From an uncultured Anaeroplasma sp. (GTDB lineage Bacteria > Bacillota_I > Bacilli_A > Acholeplasmatales > Anaeroplasmataceae): 64,000 bases of DNA. The notes under the pieces were generated by a model that made no database searches, was not told the DNA's origin, and worked only from the letters and a program-made list of their open reading frames with translations. The stretch is taken from the NCBI GenBank assembly GCA_945919465.1, contig CAMEJG010000007.1, positions 1,099 through 65,098 on the forward strand, read 5' to 3'. Positions 1 to 8,949 of the stretch are shown here, piece after piece (position 1 is the stretch's first letter; each line of letters starts with the position of its first letter). Both the position numbers and the translations under genes were made by a program.

Positions 1-416
1 ATTTTACTAAATCCATTTGTAGTAGAAATTACTTGTACTGAATTATTATTTGGAAGTTTATATTTAATATTAGAATTAGTACTTGCACTCTCCCTAACAT
101 TTAAATTGCCTCCATTAGTAGAAACATATTTAGTAGTTAAATTAACCTCTTTAACATAAGGCTTATAGACATAACCAAAGCTATTATCCTTATATTCAAT
201 GTAATACCAATTATTATCCTGACTAATAATTTTAAAATAGCTTCCATTAGGAAGTGAATATTTACTACTTGTGCTAGTAGATTTACCACTTCTAACATTT
301 AAGCTACCTCCATTTGTAGATACAACACCATATTGACTTGCTGCATCGACATTACCACCATTCATCATAAATAATAACGACAGTGGAATTAAACAAATTA
401 CTTTTTTTAATTTCAT
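1..416 (-). CDS. Secreted protein with tandem bacterial SH3 (SH3b/SH3_3) domains; runs off the window edge (partial)
   Basis: Not in the ORF track; translated by hand from the ATG at 416 (SD GAGGTG upstream): MKLKKVICLIPLSLLFMMNGGNVDAASQYGVVSTNGGSLNVRSGKSTSTSSKYSLPNGSYFKIISQDNNWYYIEYKDNSFGYVYKPYVKEVNLTTKYVSTNGGNLNVRESASTNSNIKYKLPNNNSVQVISTTNGFSK. It has a signal peptide and two repeats of VSTNGGxLNVR, typical of SH3b. Confidence 0.8.
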   Translation of the reverse strand, partial: MKLKKVICLIPLSLLFMMNGGNVDAASQYGVVSTNGGSLNVRSGKSTSTSSKYSLPNGSYFKIISQDNNWYYIEYKDNSFGYVYKPYVKEVNLTTKYVSTNGGNLNVRESASTNSNIKYKLPNNNSVQVISTTNGFSK

Positions 417-471
417 AAAAAATCACCTCAAGTGTAATATAACATACCCCTAAGGTGATTCCATTTCCAAT

Positions 472-1203
472 TTATGGAAGTATGAAATTAAAATAGTCTA
501 ATAAATGATTTTTTAGAATATCATATGAATTATCTTCATTTACATAAAAATCATATTTCAATTTATTAGGTTTTAATGAATCAAATTGGGTACAAAGCTT
601 ATAAAATAAATCATCATCCTTTGTATCAGTATTTAATCCACCATAGATTAAATATAAATCTTTAATTGAAGTATAGCTATATAATAAATCCTCTTTAAAT
701 CTATTACTTACATTATTTAATGCTATTGAAAATAATCCAGCACCTTTAAAACTATCATAATTATATAGCATATACATTGCAGCAATAGCACCTTCTTTAT
801 ATCCTAACAAATAATAATTGTCATCAGTACGATATCTTTTTTTAATATAACCTAATATTTCATTATTAACATATTCAAAAAATAGTAATGATAATACAGT
901 ATCTACATCTTTATTATCTCCATTATAATAAGGATTAAGCTCACTCATTCTCCATTCAGGAATAGTAGGTGATTGAATAGTTACACATATAAATTGTTTT
1001 TCACATTGATGTACTATTTTATCCATTTCTATTACTCTTGTTTTTTCTGTTAAAAAATTATAAAACAATTGTCCATCAAATACAAAAATAACTGGATAAG
1101 AAAGATTATTATAATTATATTCCTTTGGTAAATCAATAGATATTTTTACATATCTTTTTAGACTTTCAGATCTTATTTTGAAACTTTCAACCATTTCCAT
1201 CAC
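472..1203 (-). CDS. Alpha/beta-hydrolase fold protein, putative esterase (IroE/Fes-like) family; nucleophile motif degenerate
   Basis: LP..Y....YPVIFVFDGQ, R..ELNPY and YIKKRYRT match this family. The GxSxG elbow reads GYKEG. Confidence 0.7.
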   Translation of the reverse strand: MMEMVESFKIRSESLKRYVKISIDLPKEYNYNNLSYPVIFVFDGQLFYNFLTEKTRVIEMDKIVHQCEKQFICVTIQSPTIPEWRMSELNPYYNGDNKDVDTVLSLLFFEYVNNEILGYIKKRYRTDDNYYLLGYKEGAIAAMYMLYNYDSFKGAGLFSIALNNVSNRFKEDLLYSYTSIKDLYLIYGGLNTDTKDDDLFYKLCTQFDSLKPNKLKYDFYVNEDNSYDILKNHLLDYFNFILP

Positions 1204-1253
1204 CTACACTAATTTTATCACAAATAAAATATAAATCACTAAAATAATAAAAA

Positions 1254-1295
1254 TTAGCACTCTTCTATTGACATTGCCAAAAATATGAGTATAAT
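1254..1295 (+). promoter_or_regulatory. sigmaA promoter of htpG overlapped by a CIRCE-like (HrcA) operator
   Basis: TTGACA (1268-1273)-N16-TATAAT (1290-1295). TTAGCACTC (1254-1262)-N9-CATTGCCAA compared with the consensus TTAGCACTC-N9-GAGTGCTAA. Confidence 0.65.
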
Positions 1296-1326
1296 TTGAA
1301 TTGTATTTAAAAGGAAGGATTTAATT

Positions 1327-3222
1327 ATGAAGGAAACAAAAGAATTTAAAACTGAAACAAAACGTTTATTAGATATGATGATTAATTCAATTTATACTCA
1401 TAAGGAGATATTCTTAAGAGAATTAATTTCAAATGCTAGTGACGCAATTGACAAAAGACATTATATGTCATTAACTAATACAAATATTGCTGATAGCAAT
1501 TATAAAATTTTAGTAGAAGCTGATAAGGAAAATAGAACTCTTACTATTACTGATAATGGTGTTGGTATGACTGAAGAGGAACTAGAGAGTCATTTAGGTA
1601 CTATTGCAAAATCAGGAAGTAAAGAATTCCTAGAGGCAGTAAGTAAAGAGAATACACCTGAGGTTGATATTATTGGTCAATTTGGTGTTGGATTCTATTC
1701 AGCATTTATGGTAGCTAAAAGAGTAGATGTATTAACTAAATCAGTATCTGATAATACTTCTCATTTATTTAGTTCTGAAGGATTAGAATCATATACTATT
1801 GAGGATAGTCAAAAGGATGATTATGGTACTAAGATTACTCTATATTTAAGAGATAATACAGAAGATGATAATTATGATGATTATCTTGATGAATATCGTA
1901 TTAAAGAATTAGTAAAGAAATACTCTGATTATGTTAGATATCCTATTATGACTTGGGTTACTAAATATGATCCAAAGGATGAAAATGAAGATAAAGATGA
2001 TGAAAATAAGGAACCTAAAACTCATTTAGAATTAGAAACTATTAATTCTATGCTTCCTATTTGGAAGAAAAATAAGAGTGAGGTTACTGATGAGGAATTA
2101 AATAATTTCTATAAATCTAAATTTATGGATTATCAAGATCCAATTACCTCAATTCATGTAAATGTTGAAGGTATGCTTACTTATACAGCATTATTATTTA
2201 TTCCTAAGAAGCCTTTTTATGATTTCTATTCTGATAGAAATGAAAGAGGATTACAATTATATACAAAGGGAGTATTTATTCTAGATAAATGTAAGGAATT
2301 AATTCCTGAATATTTAAGATTTGTTAAAGGCTTAGTAGATTCTAGTGATTTAAGCTTAAATATTTCTCGTGAAATGCTACAAGAGGATAGAGCTATTAAG
2401 AAGATAGCTACAAATGTAGAAAAGAAGATTTTAGCTGAGCTTTCTCGTATGTTAAAAAATGATAGAGAAAAATATTTAGAATTCTTCAAGGATTATGGTA
2501 TTAATCTAAAATATGGTTTATATGAAAACTATGGAGAAAAGAAGGATTTATTAAAGGATTTAATTATATTCAATAGCTATAATACTGATAAGCCTATTAC
2601 ATTTAGTGAGTATGTTGAGGCTATGAAGGAAGGCCAAAAGGATATTTACTATGCAATTGGTAAGAATAAAGAAGTAGTAGAAAAGCTTCCTCAAATGGAT
2701 TTAGTTAAATCTAAAGGCTATGATGTATTAATTCTATCTGATGATGTTGATGAATTTATGATTCAAGTATTAAAGAATTATAATGATCATAACTTTAAAT
2801 CAATTAATTCTCAGGATTTAGATTTAATAGATGAAGAAGAATCAAAAAAGATTGATGAACTAAAAGAAACAAAGAAGAGCTTACTTGAAAAAGTAAAGGA
2901 AGCACTTCCTGGAGTTAAGGATGTAGTATTATCAAAGAGATTAGTAGATGCTCCATGCTGCTTAGCTAGTGATGGTGAGATTTCATTTGAGATGGAAAGA
3001 GTTCTAAAACAACAACATTCAGAAGTTAAAGCTGAGCGTATTTTAGAATTAAATCCAAATCATAATGTATTTAATAAGCTTGAAGAAGCATATGATAATG
3101 ATAAAGCATTAGGAGATAAATATGCTAGATTATTATATACAAATGCTTTACTTCAAGAAGGTATCTTACCAGATGATCCTAAAGCATTTAGTGAAGCTTT
3201 ATGTGAATTATTATTAAAGTAA
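1327..3222 (+). CDS. htpG: Molecular chaperone HtpG (Hsp90)
   Basis: Motifs YTHKEIFLRELISNASDA, DNGVGMT, LGTIAKSG and IGQFGVGFYSAF; 631 aa. Confidence 0.98.
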   Translation: MKETKEFKTETKRLLDMMINSIYTHKEIFLRELISNASDAIDKRHYMSLTNTNIADSNYKILVEADKENRTLTITDNGVGMTEEELESHLGTIAKSGSKEFLEAVSKENTPEVDIIGQFGVGFYSAFMVAKRVDVLTKSVSDNTSHLFSSEGLESYTIEDSQKDDYGTKITLYLRDNTEDDNYDDYLDEYRIKELVKKYSDYVRYPIMTWVTKYDPKDENEDKDDENKEPKTHLELETINSMLPIWKKNKSEVTDEELNNFYKSKFMDYQDPITSIHVNVEGMLTYTALLFIPKKPFYDFYSDRNERGLQLYTKGVFILDKCKELIPEYLRFVKGLVDSSDLSLNISREMLQEDRAIKKIATNVEKKILAELSRMLKNDREKYLEFFKDYGINLKYGLYENYGEKKDLLKDLIIFNSYNTDKPITFSEYVEAMKEGQKDIYYAIGKNKEVVEKLPQMDLVKSKGYDVLILSDDVDEFMIQVLKNYNDHNFKSINSQDLDLIDEEESKKIDELKETKKSLLEKVKEALPGVKDVVLSKRLVDAPCCLASDGEISFEMERVLKQQHSEVKAERILELNPNHNVFNKLEEAYDNDKALGDKYARLLYTNALLQEGILPDDPKAFSEALCELLLK

Positions 3223-3233
3223 ATAGATTATAT

Positions 3234-3274
3234 AAGAGGTTGTGAATATAAAAATATTTATAACCTCTTTTTTG
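3234..3274 (+). terminator. Intrinsic terminator of htpG
   Basis: AAGAGGTTGTGAATA...TATTTATAACCTCTT stem followed by a T-run. Confidence 0.8.
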
Positions 3275-3398
3275 TGTTTTAACGAAATATAAAAGAACTA
3301 ATTATTATGTGTAATAGAACTAGCACATTTATTATTTTATAAATACTTTGATTAAAAATTGTTCGAATTATTTAAGGTGTCTTTCTTTATTGATGATT

Positions 3399-3434
3399 AA
3401 AAAAAATCCCTTGGCTTTTAGTCAAGGGATTTTT
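3399..3434 (-). terminator. Intrinsic terminator of the antiporter gene (possibly bidirectional)
   Basis: AAAAATCCCTTG/CAAGGGATTTTT inverted repeat with flanking A and T runs. Confidence 0.8.
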
Positions 3435-3458
3435 ATAAATATTTTCCAAGTTATAAAA

Positions 3459-4841
3459 TTAAGGTTCAACATTAGTTTCATTATAATGATTTTCTAATAC
3501 AATATTTGGAGCCTCATGAACATTTGTAAAGCGTTCCTCATCATAATCTGTTTTAACTGGTTTCTCATTTTTATAACTAGCTCTTAATATTAATGGTGTA
3601 ACAAAGCTTGAAACAATAATCATTATTACAATAAATACACTTAAACCACTATCAACTAATCCAGCATTCATACCCTTTGTAGCACAAATTAATGCTACCT
3701 CAGCTCTTGCCATCATACCTACTCCAATTCTTAATGAATCCTTCCAAGAATTGCCTGTAATTTTAGCACCAATGCCACAACCAAATACTTTTCCAGCTAA
3801 TCCTGCTAAAATGAAACAACAACCAAAGCCTATTAAGGCTGGATTAAAGGCACTAAAATCTATATTTAATCCTACATTTGCAAAGAATAATGGAGAAAAT
3901 AGCATATATGATAATACATCGCTTTTTCTTTCAATATAATCTGTTGTATCATTATTTAATGGTTCTACAGTAGGATTTATATGTCTACCTATACCTGCTA
4001 GTGCGAGTCCTGCAAAATAAGCACCTGTGATTTCAGCTATACCGAATAATGTTTCACTAGCCCAAGCCATTACAAAGCAGAAGGCAAGACCAAATAAAGG
4101 AATTCTTCTAGTATGAGGTCTTTTTTTATTTAGATGCTTGAAATAACAATGCATTAAAATTCCAATACCAATAACAAAAATAAAGAATAATACTACATCT
4201 AATATTACCGCAAGTATTCCTAATGATTCATTATTACCAGTAATTAAAGAACCAATAGTATTTGATGCTGAAGAAACACCGCTTAAGGATAAAACAATTG
4301 ACAATACTACAACACCGATAATATCATCTAATATTGCTGCACTTATTATTATAGTACCTACTTTACCACTTAGTCTATTCATTTCCTTTAATGTGGCAAC
4401 AGTAACTGAAACAGAGGTTGCAGTTAATATTACTCCATAAAATAAATTTGAATGTATATTTTCAAATCCATTAAATAATCCTGCAACTAAAGAGCCTAAA
4501 CCCATAGGTATGATAACACCTAATAAGGTCACAATAATTGATGATTTTCCAGATGATTTGATGGTATTAAGATTAGTACCTAAACCAGCAGAAAACATTA
4601 TTAAAACAACACCAATTTCAGCTAAGAATTTAATTCCAGCTCTTGCTGAATCACTTAATATAAAATCTCCTAAATATGGAATAAATTTAATTAATCCAAT
4701 AAGCACTCCTGCCATTAACATACCAACTACTTGAGGTAGCTTAATCTTTTTACAGCCTAACATTAATAGCTTTGATAGAACTAAAATTAAAGCTACAGGG
4801 AGTAGTAAATCTAATACATCTATGCTAAGATTTAAAAACAT
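3459..4841 (-). CDS. Cation:proton antiporter, CPA2 family (NapA/GerN-like)
   Basis: Many TM helices; motifs LAEIGVVLIMFSAGL, ATSVSVT, AAILDDIIG and GVGMMARAEVALI. Confidence 0.9.
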   Translation of the reverse strand: MFLNLSIDVLDLLLPVALILVLSKLLMLGCKKIKLPQVVGMLMAGVLIGLIKFIPYLGDFILSDSARAGIKFLAEIGVVLIMFSAGLGTNLNTIKSSGKSSIIVTLLGVIIPMGLGSLVAGLFNGFENIHSNLFYGVILTATSVSVTVATLKEMNRLSGKVGTIIISAAILDDIIGVVVLSIVLSLSGVSSASNTIGSLITGNNESLGILAVILDVVLFFIFVIGIGILMHCYFKHLNKKRPHTRRIPLFGLAFCFVMAWASETLFGIAEITGAYFAGLALAGIGRHINPTVEPLNNDTTDYIERKSDVLSYMLFSPLFFANVGLNIDFSAFNPALIGFGCCFILAGLAGKVFGCGIGAKITGNSWKDSLRIGVGMMARAEVALICATKGMNAGLVDSGLSVFIVIMIIVSSFVTPLILRASYKNEKPVKTDYDEERFTNVHEAPNIVLENHYNETNVEP

Positions 4842-4934
4842 TTCTATAATCCCCCTTTTAAACCAACGCTAATAATTATAGCACTATTTTTTTTCTTTTC
4901 AATATTTTATAATTTAATAAAAATAACTAAAAAA

Positions 4935-4989
4935 TGTAAATGCTTACAAAACTAATTATCTTGTATTTACAAAATATTTAAATTATAAT
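4935..4989 (+). promoter_or_regulatory. sigmaA promoter of the mgtE leader with an upstream cre-like palindrome
   Basis: TTGTAT (4961-4966)-N17-TATAAT (4984-4989). TGTAAATGCTTACA at 4935-4948 resembles the CcpA/LacI cre consensus. Confidence 0.55.
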
Positions 4990-5011
4990 AAATTGAGAAG
5001 GATGTGGTTAT

Positions 5012-5083
5012 ATGATACCATCGGAATGTAGTAGTATAAAAATAAAATCTGAATATCCATATAATCACATGGATATTCTCTAG
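5012..5083 (+). CDS. Putative 23-aa leader peptide (MIPSECSSIKIKSEYPYNHMDIL) upstream of mgtE
   Basis: SD-like AAGGATG ends 7 nt before the ATG at 5012. The TAG stop abuts the mgtE SD, and the ORF spans two alternative hairpins. Confidence 0.55.
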   Translation: MIPSECSSIKIKSEYPYNHMDIL

Positions 5084-5096
5084 GAAGGAGAATATT
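5051..5096 (+). promoter_or_regulatory. Alternative hairpins (anti-anti-SD and anti-SD) controlling the mgtE RBS
   Basis: Stem A: GAATATCCAT 5051-5060 pairs with ATGGATATTC 5069-5078. Stem B: ATATTCTC 5073-5080 pairs with GAGAATAT 5088-5095 and encloses the SD. The stems share 5073-5078. Confidence 0.65.
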
Positions 5097-5098
5097 AT

Positions 5099-6490
5099 AT
5101 GCAAAACGATTTCTATCAAGAAATTAAGGCTCTTATTTTAGATAAAAATATTTCTAATTTAGAGTTACTTAATCAGCTTGAAAACTATCACGATAGTGAT
5201 ATTGCCGATGTTTTAGAGGATTTAACAAAGGAAGAAAGATTAAATCTATATCAAAAAATTGGTGTTGAAAAAACCTCAGATATATTTGAATTCTATGAGA
5301 ATGTAGAAGAATATATTGATGAACTAGAACCTGAATTTGCAGCAGATATAGTTGAAAGAATGGACTCTGATGATGCGGTTGAGATTCTTAATGAACTAGA
5401 AGAAGAGGACAAAGAAGAAATTATCAAACTAATGGAGCCTGAATCAAAAAATGAGGTTTTAAAGCTTGATAAATATGATGAGGATGTAATTGGTTCTTAT
5501 ATGTCTGATAATTACATTCTTATTGATTCAAATCAAACTATAAAAGAAGCAATGTCTACTTTAATAAAAATGGCAGGGATTCATGATAATATTTCAACAT
5601 TATATGTTGAAGATGAAAATAAGAAATTTTTTGGTGCTATTAGTCTTAATGATTTAATAGTTGCTAGAAAGGATGATAAACTAATAGATTTAGTAATGAC
5701 ATCCTATCCTTCATTTTATGATGATGAATTAATTGATGATTGCATTGAAAAATTAAAGGACTATGCTGAGGCATCAATACCAGTATTAAATAGAAATAAT
5801 GAAATAATAGGAGTTATTACTTCTGATAATGTTATCGATGCTACTGAAGATGTAATGGAAGATGATTATGCTAAGCTCGGTGGTTTAAGTGAGGCTGAAG
5901 AATTAGATGAATCAATTTTTACATCAGTTAAAAAGCGTATTCCCTGGCTAATATTATTACTATTTTTAGGATTTGTTGTATCAACTGTAACTGGTATTTT
6001 TGAAAGTGTAATTGCTGTAATTCCAGTTGTAGTATTTTTCCAATCAATGGTATTAGATATGGCAGGTAATGTTGGTACTCAGTCACTTGCTGTAACTATT
6101 AGAAGCTTATCACAAACTGATGATCCAAATGAGAAGAAAAAACATAGAAAAACTATATTTAAAGAGTTTAGAGTAGGAATAACAAATGCATTAATTGTAT
6201 CCATTATTGCATTTATATTTATTTTTGTTTATTTATCAATTAAGCAGCAAGCTATTGCTTCTGATACTTTTAATATCTTTGAGGCATTAAAGGTTACATC
6301 TATTATTTCTGGAAGCTTATTAGTAGCAATGACATTATCTAGTTTAATAGGTACAGTATTCCCTATTTTCTTAAATGCAATTCATATCGATCCTGCAGTT
6401 GCATCAGGTCCCTTTATTACTACAATTAATGATATTATAGCTATTGTAATATATTATGGATTAGTATATTTATTATTTATATTAGTTTAG
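5099..6490 (+). CDS. mgtE: Magnesium transporter MgtE
   Basis: Acidic N-domain, CBS pair, KRIPWL, MAGNVGTQS and DPAVASGPFITTINDI motifs. Confidence 0.96.
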   Translation: MQNDFYQEIKALILDKNISNLELLNQLENYHDSDIADVLEDLTKEERLNLYQKIGVEKTSDIFEFYENVEEYIDELEPEFAADIVERMDSDDAVEILNELEEEDKEEIIKLMEPESKNEVLKLDKYDEDVIGSYMSDNYILIDSNQTIKEAMSTLIKMAGIHDNISTLYVEDENKKFFGAISLNDLIVARKDDKLIDLVMTSYPSFYDDELIDDCIEKLKDYAEASIPVLNRNNEIIGVITSDNVIDATEDVMEDDYAKLGGLSEAEELDESIFTSVKKRIPWLILLLFLGFVVSTVTGIFESVIAVIPVVVFFQSMVLDMAGNVGTQSLAVTIRSLSQTDDPNEKKKHRKTIFKEFRVGITNALIVSIIAFIFIFVYLSIKQQAIASDTFNIFEALKVTSIISGSLLVAMTLSSLIGTVFPIFLNAIHIDPAVASGPFITTINDIIAIVIYYGLVYLLFILV

Positions 6491-6498
6491 GAGCTTAT

Positions 6499-6684
6499 AT
6501 GGAGAATTTGCCACCAGAGATGTTATTATGCATTATTAATACTAAATTAAGAGATTTTTATTCTTCTTTAGATGAATTATGTGATGATTTAGATTATAAT
6601 AAAAATTTTATTAATGAAAAGCTTAATAGTATTAATTATTTTTACAATATAGAATTAAATCAATTTATTTTTATGGAAAAGTAG
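6499..6684 (+). CDS. DUF4250 family small protein
   Basis: The pattern MLLCIINTKLRDFYSSLDELCDDLD matches this family. Confidence 0.8.
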   Translation: MENLPPEMLLCIINTKLRDFYSSLDELCDDLDYNKNFINEKLNSINYFYNIELNQFIFMEK

Positions 6685-6707
6685 CTAGTAATAACTAGCT
6701 ATTTTTT
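6682..6707 (+). terminator. Intrinsic terminator of mgtE-DUF4250
   Basis: TAGCTAGT-AATA-ACTAGCTA followed by T6. Confidence 0.75.
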
Positions 6708-6820
6708 ATTTAATACTTAACTTTTTTTGAGTAAAATGCTATAATTTAATTAACATAAACTTTAATTAATTTAATAGAAAGGAGAGTATTGCCATATTAG
6801 GTAATACAAATAAAGAGATT

Positions 6821-7963
6821 ATGTCAAATCGTTTTATGTTAAATGAAACTTCTTATCATGGACATGGTGCAATAAATAATATTGTACCTGAAGTAAATGC
6901 TAGAGGATTCAAAAAAATTTTAGTTTGTAGTGACCCTGATTTAGTTAAATTTGGAGTTACTAAGAAAGTTACAGATTTATTAGATAACGCTAATATTTCT
7001 TATGAGGTATTCTCTGATATTAAACCTAACCCAACTATAGAAAATGTGTTAGCAGGTGTTAAAGCTTGTAAGAAATGTAATGCTGATTGTATCATCGCAA
7101 TTGGTGGTGGCTCTAGTATGGACACTTCAAAGGCTATTGGTATTATTATTACAAATCCAGAATTTGAAGATGTAAGATCACTTGAAGGAGTGGCTCCTAC
7201 TAAAAAGCCTTGCTTACCTATTATCGCAGTAGCTACTACAGCTGGTACTGCTGCAGAGGTTACAATTAATTATGTAATTACTGATGTTGAAAAGAAAAGA
7301 AAATTCGTATGTGTAGACTCACATGATATGCCAATTGTTGCGATAGTTGACCCTGATATGATGTCAACAATGCCAAAGAGCTTAACTGCCTCAACTGGTA
7401 TGGATGCATTAACTCATGCAATTGAGGGTTATATTACTCGTGGAGCTTGGGAGATGTCTGATATGTTCCATATTAAGGCTATTGAAATTATCGGTAAGAG
7501 CTTAAGAAAAGCAGTAGCTAATGATCCTGATGGAAGAGAAGGAATGGCTTTAGGTCAATATATTGCTGGTATGGGATTTAGTAATGTTGGTTTAGGAATT
7601 GACCATGCAATGGCTCATACTTTATCAGCATATTATGATATTCCACATGGAGTTGCTTGTGCTATGCTACTTCCAATTTCAATGGAATTTAATCAAGAGG
7701 TTACTGGTACTAAATATAAGGATATTGCAGAGGCTTTAGGAGTTGATACTCATGGTATGAGTGAAACAGAATATCGTCTTGCTGCAATAAATGCAGTTAA
7801 GAAGCTTTCAACTGATGTAGGTATTCCAACAAAATGTGATAAGATTTTAGAAGCTGATTTAGATAGTCTAGCTAGTGATGCTCTAAAGGATGCATGCTAT
7901 CCTGGTAATCCAAAAGAAGCTACTCATGATGATGTAGTTGCGTTATTTAGAAAATTAATGTAA
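6821..7963 (+). CDS. fucO: Lactaldehyde reductase / iron-containing alcohol dehydrogenase
   Basis: N-terminus RFMLNETSYHGHGA; motifs AIGGGSSMD, TTAGTAAEVT, GMDALTHAIEG and HGVACA. Confidence 0.9.
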   Translation: MSNRFMLNETSYHGHGAINNIVPEVNARGFKKILVCSDPDLVKFGVTKKVTDLLDNANISYEVFSDIKPNPTIENVLAGVKACKKCNADCIIAIGGGSSMDTSKAIGIIITNPEFEDVRSLEGVAPTKKPCLPIIAVATTAGTAAEVTINYVITDVEKKRKFVCVDSHDMPIVAIVDPDMMSTMPKSLTASTGMDALTHAIEGYITRGAWEMSDMFHIKAIEIIGKSLRKAVANDPDGREGMALGQYIAGMGFSNVGLGIDHAMAHTLSAYYDIPHGVACAMLLPISMEFNQEVTGTKYKDIAEALGVDTHGMSETEYRLAAINAVKKLSTDVGIPTKCDKILEADLDSLASDALKDACYPGNPKEATHDDVVALFRKLM

Positions 7964-7972
7964 TAAATAATT

Positions 7973-8012
7973 AAGATAGATTTTACAAATTCTAAAATCT
8001 ATCTTTTTTTTT
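7973..8012 (+). terminator. Intrinsic terminator of fucO
   Basis: AAGATAGATTTTA/TAAAATCTATCTT stem followed by a T-run. Confidence 0.8.
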
Positions 8013-8149
8013 AAATATAATAATTATACCTTTTTATATTGATAAAACAAAATAAAAAAATAGTTTATTTATTTTATTTTAATATTGCTAGAATACTAAA
8101 AATATATTAAAATAGATGAGTATTTAATTATGTCACTTGAGGTGTTATT

Positions 8150-8884
8150 TTGAAAAGAAAAAGAGGATTAATAATACTATCAATTATTGTAGTATTTATT
8201 GGGATAATAGTTGGTTCCTTTTTTATATATGTAAATATTTATTATAAAGCAGATAGTGAAGCACTAGAGGCATTAAATTCAAATGAAGAAGTTACTGTAA
8301 TTAATAATGATAAGTATATTTCATTTGTTCCTAATAATGAATATAATGATGCGATTATCTTTTATCAAGGAGCTAAGGTAGAAGCTGAAGCTTATGCTCC
8401 ATTAATGAAGCTTTTAGCCTTAAATGATATTGCATGCTATGCTATAAAAACAACATTTAAATTATCATTTTTTGATGTAAATACCTATAATGATATATAT
8501 CAAAAGGAAAAACATGAAAATGTAGATTATTATGTAATGGGACATTCTTTAGGTGGTGTAATTGCATCTATTGCTGCTAAAAAATATAATTCTATCTGTG
8601 AAGGTATTATTTTATTAGCTTCATATCTTAATTCTGATATTAGTGATACAAAATTAAAAGTATTAAGTATTTATGGAAGTAATGATGAAATATTAAATAT
8701 GGATAATTATGAAAATAATAAGAAATATGCACCTGATGTATTTATTGAAAGAAAGATTGATGGTGGAATTCATTCATATTTTGGTTCTTATGGGATTCAA
8801 AATAATGATGGTAAGCCTTATATAGAAAAAAACTTTCAAATAGAAAGAACAAAAGACTATATATTAGAATTTGTTAATAATTAA
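8150..8884 (+). CDS. Membrane-anchored alpha/beta hydrolase (Abhydrolase_5-like)
   Basis: N-terminal TM; FYQGAKV, GHSLGG, LLASY and GGIHSYFG; TTG start. Confidence 0.85.
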   Translation: MKRKRGLIILSIIVVFIGIIVGSFFIYVNIYYKADSEALEALNSNEEVTVINNDKYISFVPNNEYNDAIIFYQGAKVEAEAYAPLMKLLALNDIACYAIKTTFKLSFFDVNTYNDIYQKEKHENVDYYVMGHSLGGVIASIAAKKYNSICEGIILLASYLNSDISDTKLKVLSIYGSNDEILNMDNYENNKKYAPDVFIERKIDGGIHSYFGSYGIQNNDGKPYIEKNFQIERTKDYILEFVNN

Positions 8885-8918
8885 AAATGTTGAATGCCAA
8901 ATAGGCATTCCATTTTTT
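8883..8918. terminator. Bidirectional terminator between convergent genes
   Basis: AAAAATG..GAATGCC/GGCATTC.CATTTTT imperfect inverted repeat. Confidence 0.6.
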
Positions 8919-8949
8919 AAAATTAAAAGAAGGGATAAATCCCTTCTCA

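Noticed and set aside
3275-3398. About 125 nt between two terminators with a repeated AGAACTA
   Set aside because: No promoter, ORF or stable structure could be supported, and it is not a GAAC-N4-GTTC box.
2226-4734. ORFs 2226-2489(-), 3751-3939(+) and 4510-4734(+)
   Set aside because: Antisense shadows of htpG and the antiporter; no SD and no family signal.
4990-5098. M-box (ykoK) riboswitch upstream of mgtE
   Set aside because: The leader is only about 100 nt and lacks recognisable M-box conserved segments; a uORF/hairpin model fits better.
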